Source of the DNA: Eledone cirrhosa
Taxonomy: Eukaryota
Assembly: GCA_964016885.1 (NCBI GenBank)
Contig: OZ024743.1
Location: forward strand, 253,580,001-253,644,000
Direction: 5' to 3'
Length of the DNA: 64,000 bases
The stretch's first letter is position 1. The number at the start of each line of letters is the position of its first letter. The notes under the pieces were generated by a model, which worked only from the letters and a program-made list of their open reading frames with translations, had not been told where the DNA came from and made no database searches. Of the stretch, positions 54,443 to 64,000 are shown piece after piece. The position numbers and the translations under genes are program-made.

Positions 54443-54975
54443 TTTTTCGTTATGTTTTAATTCGTCAGTAATTAACTACGAATCACCGATGTTTCGGCGC
54501 ATTATTCAGTATACATCCTTCCGTAGTGCGCCCATAGCCTTTTATCTATCAAAAGGCAATGTAGGGGGAAAGAAAATAAGTATGAGAGAAGAAAAAGAGG
54601 TAAAATTGAAAAAGAAAACCTATATTTTAGGCCTTTAATTAAAGTACAGTGCTGCAACATGGTCGCAGACCAAAAAAGAAGAATGAAACCAAACCAAGAA
54701 TAAAAGATTATTTGAAATACTGGCCATAAAGGAAAAGAATTTCTCAGATTATTTATTTATTTAATTTATTTGGAATAAAAAACGTCTTTATCAATTTTTA
54801 GACAGAAACTGATTTAACAGAAAATAAAGAAAAATAAATTGGTTGAAAAATGATATAAATAATATAAAATATACAGGAAAAATACGAAACTTGGCTTTTA
54901 CTTCCTACGTTTTGATAGAAATACTTTTGAAAGACGAACCCTCCTCCCCATTTATATATATATATACACACACAC

Positions 54976-55022
<47 letters not shown>

Positions 55023-55276
55023 AATACACATATATATATAGTTTGGTGAATCTCTTCAGCTACTAGCAAGCAGTTGATGCAGAATAGTTTTCCAAAATGT
55101 TTTCCAGACAACCTGATTCATCAAAGCCATTCCTGGATATTACTTTATCATTCAGGGAGAAAATTTTCTTATTCAACTTCTGTGACATGAAGAATGGAAT
55201 TTGTTCGAAAAGTATGTAAATGTGTGTATGTGGGCACAAATATACTCTTGTGTGCGATATGTGTGTGTATGTGTGC

Positions 55277-55376
<100 letters not shown>

Positions 55377-56652
55377 CTGTGTGTATACTAACACATAGAA
55401 ACACATATATCTATTAGCATATATATATATATATATATATGCATATACAGAGCTCTAAGAGAATTAAAATAAGATTTGCTGTTGAATGAAGTATATATAT
55501 ATATATAAACATACATAAATATATAAAGTATAACAAAATATCATATATGCAGATAGTCTGGCAACGGTTGGGGAATACAGACTGAAATAATGGTGGTTTG
55601 TAGAGGGTTAAATATTTGGTGAGGTTAAAAACTTGGATTGTTTACGAAGAATTGAAATATTGATTATGTATTCTTGAAACACTGATTTAAAATGATTAAA
55701 GCTATAGTGAAGAGTATGGAGGGTTATTTATACATTATAGAATATGTATTTGTATTTTGTTTATGGCATCTAAATATCACATACGAAAAGTGAGCTCTAT
55801 ATTTAAAATTTATATATATTGGCAGAGTCATTACAACGTTGGTTAGAATGGTTTATGGTAATCGTTACGGCTCTCTGCTCTCGGTGTTCAAATCCTGCCG
55901 AGGTCAACTTTGCCTGTCATCTATTCGAGGTCGATAAAAAATAGTACCAGTATAGTACTGACGTCTATTTTTCCTCAACAAGCTTTTCTCATTCCCTCTC
56001 TCTCTCTCAATTTCTATCTTTCTCTGGAAGAAATCTGCTGAACTCAGGCCTTGAAACGAATGGTCTCCGCCAGGCTTAAAATGCTTAAGAAACGCCGTAA
56101 TTACTGGCCTTGTGCCAAAAGTAGAAACAATTATAATATAGGTTAAGGGGTAGGGTTTTTTAAACCATTACACAGGTTATTATCATGATTATGAATCAGG
56201 AAATGTCCCGGAATATTCCACCACTCTCTACACCAGATGGTTCCAGCTTAGATGTAATATCTGCTAATTGCAGCCAAATTTTAGGGGGTGTATACAAGAT
56301 GATTTCTTTCGTTTTCTTTATCCTCCTCAATTCAGACATTCACAGCACTTAAATTGTGTATAGCAATTAACGATAGCGTAATTAATTATGCGTGATTGCT
56401 CTTCTCTTGACATAAACGTTCTATAATTATACGCAAAAAGAGTAAATGTAAGGTTGTGACATTTATGCCTTTTCCATGAGTAATAATAATAATAATTGCA
56501 GAGTTTAAAATGAAATGTCTGCAACAGAAAATTAGAATTTCGACTGACAGACATTTCGTTTATACTGTTTGTTTGTTTGTTTTTTTTTTACTTTATAAAT
56601 AATTATTCATTAAGTCATCATCAGATTAAACTAATTACAATAATGATTTCAA

Positions 56653-56683
<31 letters not shown>

Positions 56684-56734
56684 ACAAATAAATAAGAAAC
56701 AAAAAGTACATGAACAAAAACAAAATCAGTCAGT

Positions 56735-56900
56735 TGGTGTGGTGGCTACGTGTTTATGAAGATCGATTCGCAATTACGTTATTTTTAGGTTCAATCTTAG
56801 TGTTTGGTGTGTTGGCCGGTGTCTACTTCTATAATCATCCAGGTTGAACAAGGCCTTGTTAGTCAAATTGAGTAGGTGGGAACTGTGGAAATCCGTCGTG
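56735..56900 (+). mobile_element. Old tRNA-derived SINE resembling octopus OK/OR-type families
   Basis: Degenerate tRNA head plus gccttgttagt..ttgagtaggtgggaactgtggaaatccgtcg; relatives at about 10610-10735 (+) and 16868-17012 (-). Family assignment is from memory of consensus sequences. Confidence 0.5.
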
Positions 56901-57436
56901 TATCTAAGTGGATAGTTTCATCGTTTAACTTCTAGAGACAACAGTGGAGGTGGAGCATGGCCAATTACATGATGATGACGTAGTCACTGCAAATACTTAT
57001 AACTTTGGCTTTATTATATGGAAACTACGTAATATAACTGTTTCTACATTTGGCACGAGGCCAGCAATTACCCAGTGTATTACTGGTACTTTATTTTATC
57101 GACCCCGTAAAAATGAAAGGCAAAGTTAACCTCGGCGCGATTTGAACTCATATCAAAAAGGGACCTAACTCTATGCTTCAAAGCATGGTGTCCGACTCCC
57201 TACCGATACTGCCTATCCACCGCCTATACTACGTAATATAACAGCTGCAGGTTGATAACGTCTGTCTTTCCCATTAGGTGGCTGTTGCGGGCTTGTTACG
57301 TAAGCCGTGTTTGGGAGGATCGGTGGTTTGATTTACCGAACTTGGAGGGTGAATATGGTTTGGAGACATGGGCACAGGTTGGCGTTCGGTTTAGAGTATT
57401 TACTGAGTGTTACTAGAACAGTCTTATTTACGCATG

Positions 57437-57505
<69 letters not shown>

Positions 57506-57599
57506 TCATATATTTATATATAAAGGAACGATCGACTTTCGTAAAATCGGACCGACGAAACAATGTTTCCATTGGTCTTTCCAGTTGCTAATACTATCT

Positions 57600-57740
57600 A
57601 TCCGTCGCAACTCCAGGTAGAAGGAGAAACGTGAAGTAAAATGTCTTGCTCAAGGACATAACGCATCGTCCGGTCAGGGAATCGAACTCACAACCTCACG
57701 ATTGCGAATCCAATTATCTAACCACTCAGCCACATGCCTT
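57600..57740 (-). mobile_element. tRNA-headed SINE with a CORE-like segment
   Basis: Minus strand TGGCTGAGTGGTTAG..GAGTTCGATTCC..GTCCTTGAGCAAGACA; related old copy at about 3045-3300 (+). Confidence 0.7.
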
Positions 57741-58756
57741 TATATATATATATGCATACACACACACACATACATGCAATCAGGTGTGTGTTTGTGTGTG
57801 TTATGTCTGTGTTTAGGGCCTGTAAATTATCAATTCGACAAAAGGTGATCGATAAAATAGTTATGAGACTTATTTTCTGATAGCATCACCACTATAGTTT
57901 GCCATCTCTTTCACACTACTAAGGAACACCTTCAACCATTTGTTTGGAACAGTTTCCAGTATGGTTAAATGCTTTTTCTTAAAACTGCTCACTTTACAGA
58001 GTGTACAGAGTGCAGTTTATCAAAGCACCACCACTAAGGAAGTTTTCATATTAGACATTACTGAAGAGGGCCCTCTACCCTCTTTGCCAAATTCCATGAC
58101 TAGATGCTTTCTTAACCACTTTATAAAATGTACTGGATGCCTTTTATTGTAACTCCAACGCTGGAGATGTCAGGTCTTTAACACAACTGAGAAATCCTCT
58201 TAACACTTTCATTTGAATGATTTCAATGACTTGCTGCCCTGCATAGTACTAAACATGCGACAAAGTGTACTCGATACATTTCTTAACACTATCTAGTACA
58301 ATTTATCATGGCACCAACACTACTGGCTTACAGAGTTATCAAAGCGAATATTTTCATATCACTTATATTGCAGAGTGTACTGGGTGCATGCTATAATGTC
58401 ACCAACACTACAACGTTTCATAGTGTACTGAGCGCATTTATTGTAGTACTAACAATAAAATTTTATAGACAGCACCATCACTAGAGAGGTTATGTTTGAC
58501 GTGACTGAAGAATCCTCTACACATTCTTCGTCTTATAATATGCTCAACATGATTGTTTTCTCGTAACCTTTCTAATTTAGACTTTCGACAAGACAATTCT
58601 GTTAGTTTGTCACACGGAAAATTTAATTTATGGCATAATTTGTAGATTTTAAGTCACCATTTTCTTGCTTTTCTTATATTTCCTTTTGTTTTTTTTTCAT
58701 TTCTACACTGACATATGTATACTGTTTGTATTCTTGTTTTACTATATTTATTACCC

Positions 58757-58878
<122 letters not shown>

Positions 58879-60083
58879 GTGTGTGTGTATGTATGTATAT
58901 ATGTGTGTGTGTATGTATGTATGTATATATATATGTATATATATATATATATGCGCGTATGTATGAATATATATGTGTGTGTGTGTGTGTCTGCGTGTGT
59001 GTGTGTATGCATATGTATGTGTGTGTGTTTGTTTGTAGTCTGCTTTAGCCTGACTCTTAATTAACAAAAAAATACAGGAAAAAAGTATTTTGAAAAATGA
59101 GAAGACGTGCAGACATTTTAAACAGCAATAAATTTAAAGTATAAATTTATAGTTGTCGATGGTCTGTACATTAGTAAGCAGTGATAAAAACCAATATCTC
59201 ATATTGGAATCTGCTGCAGATAGTTTCTGGTGTCAATTTAGTCTCTACGAAAGAGAGAATGATTGGGAGAGAAGGGGGAATGAAAATGGCTTATAGCAAT
59301 AGAAAGACAGAGAGAGAGAGGGAATGAATGAGAGTGAGAGAGAGAGAGAGAGAGAGAGGGGGGAAGAGGGAGAGAGAGAGTGAGAGAACTAGTGAGTGAA
59401 GTATATAGATAGATAGGTAAATAGAGAGATGATGGTGGAGACATATAGCGAGTGAGATAAATTCAGGGAGAGGTACATAGATAAAGAAATATAGTAACTG
59501 AGGGGTAGAGATGGATAGATAGATAGATAGAAAATGAGATAGATAGATAGATAGAGAGAGAGAGAGGGGGAGAGAAAAAGACGGAAACATCGGAAGAGAG
59601 AGAATGTATGAGAGGGAGAGAGAAAAAGAATAAGATGTTTACTCCGATGTTACTTCTTGACATTATATTACGTCTCTTACTTATCAAGATAAACTGCTAA
59701 ATATTCTTGAAATACGGCGAACACATCGGTCACACAACTAAAACAAATATATTTACCATTTACTTACTTCTAAATTATTTTTTTCTCAATATTTTCTTTA
59801 TTATATATATTAAATTTTTTCTCTCACATCTCACTTTGCAACAAGTTTACACCAATTTAAAAAAAAAACAATTTTGTTTTACCCATATAATGTTATTGTA
59901 AGATGATACGTTGGCAGAGTGGTTATGGCATCCAATAAAATACATCAATGTATGCATGTTGAGGCTGTTTACTCTCTTAGTTCTACTTTGGGTTTCGCTA
60001 CCCATTTGGGTTGATAAATAAAGTACCAAAACTACCAGTTCAGTAGTAGAAGGTAATCTCCTTATCCCATTCTGCACATATGT

Positions 60084-60115
<32 letters not shown>

Positions 60116-60584
60116 GTATATACACCCCCCCCTCCTGTATCTGATAGAACTTGACCGTGAGAAGAACATCAGAGAGTGATCCTGCCTGTTTGAAACTCAT
60201 GGTGGTGGTGGTGGTGGTGGCGGTGGTAGTAGTGGTGTTGTTGGTGTTGGTGGTGTTGGCGTTGTTGGTGGGGGTGGGGATTATCTTAGTCATAATTATC
60301 AACATCATAATTGTCATTTTCACCCATTTTAATGGTTTTTCTACGCATTTCCAAGATCCAACTATTTCCTGTTGTATCAGAGGCTAGAATATTCCAGCAA
60401 CGCTGTCTATTCCCATATTCTGTAACTTATATCTACCTATATATGTGCATATGTCTACACACACACATACACATATATATATATATATATCTAATAAATA
60501 TTTGTGAAATGGGTGGGGGTTGAAATTCAGATTGCACGGTTAAATGGTAGTAGACGTCGTCGGACTGACATGAAACAGTGATGA

Positions 60585-60618
<34 letters not shown>

Positions 60619-60620
<2 letters not shown>

Positions 60621-63002
60621 AGTGGGTGTAACTAGGAGTTACTGCAGGTTCCCCGGGTGAGCACTCAATGTTTAGGTTCACTTATGTGATGATGTGTAGA
60701 GCTATACAGAGTGTAAAATATAGAAAGGATAAAAAGGACGATTGATTATTGCTTCATTGCATTTATTGATAGGTGACGCGCGTTTCGCCACTGATCAGCT
60801 CAAGGTTCGATCTATATCAAATCCTACTCGACTCAATAATCGGCAGCTCGACGGACCCTCTTAAAATGCTATAAGAAAATGAAATACATGCTATGTGATA
60901 AAGTCAGAGTTTCAAGAGTTTGACAAAATGAGAAGGATCAAGGCGATGTACTGGCCTGTAGAGTATATGAGGGTGGGTGTGATGGTGAGATGTTGGTGAC
61001 GGTCTGTGGATGAGGTGGGATGTGGTGTGGTGGTGGTGGGTTGGCCTTGGCGTGTAGATTCATAGTTGCAACATCGTATTAAATCGGTACCATATGATAC
61101 GTTCTACCTTGCAATCCACAATGACAAGGGACTTTGTAAATACAATGTCGATCATATCACACCATCGCCACCACCACTACAGCACACATCGTCATGTGCA
61201 TACCATACACGCCTACAACCTCATCCCCCCCATATTCCCTCTATCTACCCTAACCTGCAACCCCACGCTAAATTCGACCCTGTATCTGTACTGTCGCACG
61301 CGCGCACACACAACCACCGCCACCACTAAATACATCCACATACTTCAACAATCATTATCATTACATCATCAACACATATCATCCCTCGCTCCCAAATCGA
61401 CTGTATTATATACCCCCCACCCCCCGTCTGCCTACTATATAACACACCGTAACCTCTGATCATGTAATCATCTTGCCGAACATATCACCCCAGCACCACC
61501 ACTATCACCATGTCCACAACACACATCGCCGTACGTCCATAACCGATTTCCCCCGCGTTCCCTATGTCACCTTTTAACCTGTATTCGATCCTGTATATAT
61601 ATTTTTGTACCTCACAACTCCACCACCACCACCACAAAACACAACTCCATACTTCATCAACACCGACAAAACATACCTCCACTCCCCAACCAACAATAGT
61701 GTGTGTGTCTGTGTGTAAGTATTTTACTCATACGGGCGTTTTAAATGTGCGTGCGTGTACGCAAATTTATCCGTATGTGTGTGTGTGTGTGTATGTGAAC
61801 ACATGTGTATGCCTATGTCTATGTTTGCGTATATATATATCTGTATATATATATATGTGTATGTGTATGCATATGTATACGTGTGTGTATATATGTATGT
61901 GTATGTATGTGTGTGTATGTGTACGTCTACATATATGTATATGGGTAAATCTGACTGTGTGTAGGTGAGCTCATATATGTGCATGTATGTGTATATGTGC
62001 GTGTATGTGTGTGTTGTCGGTACATGTGTGTATATATATATATATACATATGTATATATATATGTGTGAGCATACGTGTGTGCGAGTGTGTATGTGTATA
62101 TCTTGCATACATGAGTGTGAGTCAATGTGCCCATACCCATGTGTATGTATGTGTATGTGTATATATGTAAAACACCTTCTACATCGCCTCTCACCTTCCC
62201 CCATCTCTGTCGTTCGCCACCCCCACCGATACTCCCCCACTCTCCATATTGGTGTCCGCATGCGCGCATACACATACATGTGTGTACATATACATATGGC
62301 TGTGTGTAAGCGTATGCCGATATGCGTGGGCAAGGATGTGCGTATGTGTTTTATGTTGTGTGTGTTTATACAACAATATATGTGCACATATATACATATA
62401 TGTGTGTACGTATACGTATATACAAGGTATCTGTCTGACGAAGAGCGTCTAACTATGTATCTATGTAAGGACATGACGCCACCAATACATCCAATACACC
62501 ACCACAACGCCGCTACCATAGACAAAGGCACCACTACCACACCCCCACCCCACGCCAACCCGTCTACTGACAATTCACTAACCTCATACCACAGCCCATC
62601 CCACTAAATAACCTTAACCACCATCATATCATCACATACACCCCCACATACTCTACACGCCAAGGCCAACCCACCGCCACCACATCACAGCCCGCCTCAT
62701 CCACAGACCGTCACCAACATCTCACCATCACACCCACCCTCATATACTCTACAGGCCAGTACATTGCCTTGATCCTTCTCACCAATCAAAACATCTCATT
62801 TTGTCAAACTCTTGAAACTCTGACTTTATCACATAGCATGTATTTCATTTTCTTATAGCATTTTAAGAGGGTCCGTCGAGCTGCCGATTATTGAGTCGGG
62901 TAGGATCGATATAGATCGAACCTTGAGCTGATCAGTGGCGAAACGCGCGTCACCTATCAATAAATGCAATGAAGGAATAATCAATCGTCCTTTTTATCCT
63001 TT
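60619..63002 (-). mobile_element. Large fold-back family I with atypical hammerhead-like motifs (60771-60858 minus, 62869-62955 plus)
   Basis: Arms about 60724-61058 / 62652-63002, tail 60619-60723, (TA)n flanks. Confidence 0.85.
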
Positions 63003-63073
63003 ATATATATATATATATATATTTATATATACAAAGTATTAAAACATTTAGATCTTAGTTTAATACATTTATT

Positions 63074-63120
63074 TGCTGACAATTGTCACTTCCAGAGGGA
63101 TGGCTAGATTCATCGGAGCA
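63074..63120 (-). ncRNA. Degenerate minimal hammerhead, CCGAUGA core
   Basis: TGCT-CCGATGA-ATCTAG..CTGGAA-GTGA (for GAAA)-CAATTG-TC-AGCA then AATAAA. Confidence 0.5.
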
Positions 63121-63366
63121 TAGAGAATGTATAAACAGGTGACTAAAATCCTACTCTTCAGAACATTTAGGCAGATACATAACTGTTGTCAGTGTCATAG
63201 ACATCATACAGAAAATCGGGAGTTAAAAAATAATGTTATGCTTCAGAAAACACATCTACAAGGAGCAATGGTGAAAGATGAAAAATAAGAATATTATGTA
63301 TAAAAAATGCATTGTTTAAGGTAATACATGTGAAAAAGGTACAAGCAAAAAAAAAAAAGATGTAAG

Positions 63367-63614
63367 ATGAGAGAGATAAAAGATAAAACTAGAAAACAAT
63401 TTCTTAAAATATTAAAAAACTTCAACATAGGTATCACTTTAGATAAAAACACCAAAAATGTTAACTTCCTTGATGTTACTCTTTACTTAGAATCTAAAAC
63501 CTTTACACCTTATCATAAACACAATGAAAAACTTTTCTATGTTAATAACAACTCTAACCACCCCAAATGTGTATTGACCTCAATCATTAAAGGGGTATCT
63601 AATAGAATTTCTAG
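63367..63614 (+). pseudogene. Penelope-like RT fragment
   Basis: KNVNFLDVTLYL..FTPYHKHNEKLFYVNNNSNHPK..GVSNRISS aligns by eye with the ORF at 53890-54249. Confidence 0.75.
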
Positions 63615-63622
63615 TATATATA

Positions 63623-64000
63623 TATAAAGAAAAAAAGATGAAATCGAAAATGCAACTGGAGTCTTATTTTTCTTTAAATATATATATTTATTTGGTTCCT
63701 TTACCGGTTTCGCAGTTCTTCTGCTTTTCAAAAGTAGATTTGAGATGGAGGGTCTGTGGTTTTTCTGACATCTGTGTTTTTTCTCACAGATGTGAGAAAA
63801 ACCACAAACCCTCCATCTCAACTCTACTCTACTTTTGAAAAGCAGAAGAACTGCGAAACCGGTAAAGGAACCAAGTAAATATATATATATTTTAAAAAAT
63901 AAGACTCCAGTTACATTTTCGATTTCATCTTTTTTTCTTTATACTTTCACTCGTGTAGGACACCGGTTATTTTTCATTTTGTAAAAAAATCCTCACTTTC
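63623..64000 (+). mobile_element. Fold-back hammerhead family D copy interrupting the PLE RT fragment at a TA run
   Basis: Inverted arms about 63623-63775 / 63786-63943; same arm boundary (tataaagaaaaaaagatg) as the 40557 copy; tail reaches the window edge. Confidence 0.88.

Noticed and set aside
58055-58520. Isolated CTGAAGA/CTGAGAA words (also near 2366, 9845, 39198, 50925, 51310)
   Set aside because: No correctly placed GAAA-stem III-NUH and closing stem I; chance matches or too decayed.

Overview
Repeat-dense, AT-rich eukaryotic DNA with no recognisable host gene. The SINE families and microsatellite load suggest an octopus or other coleoid cephalopod (inference). Two things dominate. 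(1) At 20661-38855, three full-length head-to-tail copies of an L1/Tx1-clade non-LTR retrotransposon (ORF1 RRM-like+CCHC; ORF2 APE-RT-CCHC) lie on the minus strand inside an (AAT)n tract, each bordered on its 5' side by exactly (AAT)19. Copies 2 and 3 look identical; copy 1 differs only in its 3' part, including RT YADD->HADD. (2) Between the (TA)n tracts sit many unrelated small non-coding elements with fold-back and/or tandem-permuted structure, most carrying a type I hammerhead ribozyme motif. I read about 28 motifs by eye, from roughly 15 or more sequence families. Non-canonical cores recur (U3-A8, U4C, U.U at the base of stem II, A14 changes). Decayed Penelope-like RT/GIY-YIG elements, one ending in a hammerhead beside (TA)n, are plausible mobilisers. 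Also present: tRNA-derived SINEs, RTE and mariner remnants, and a probable non-autonomous Helitron. All RNA structures were paired by hand, not computed, and repeat boundaries are approximate.
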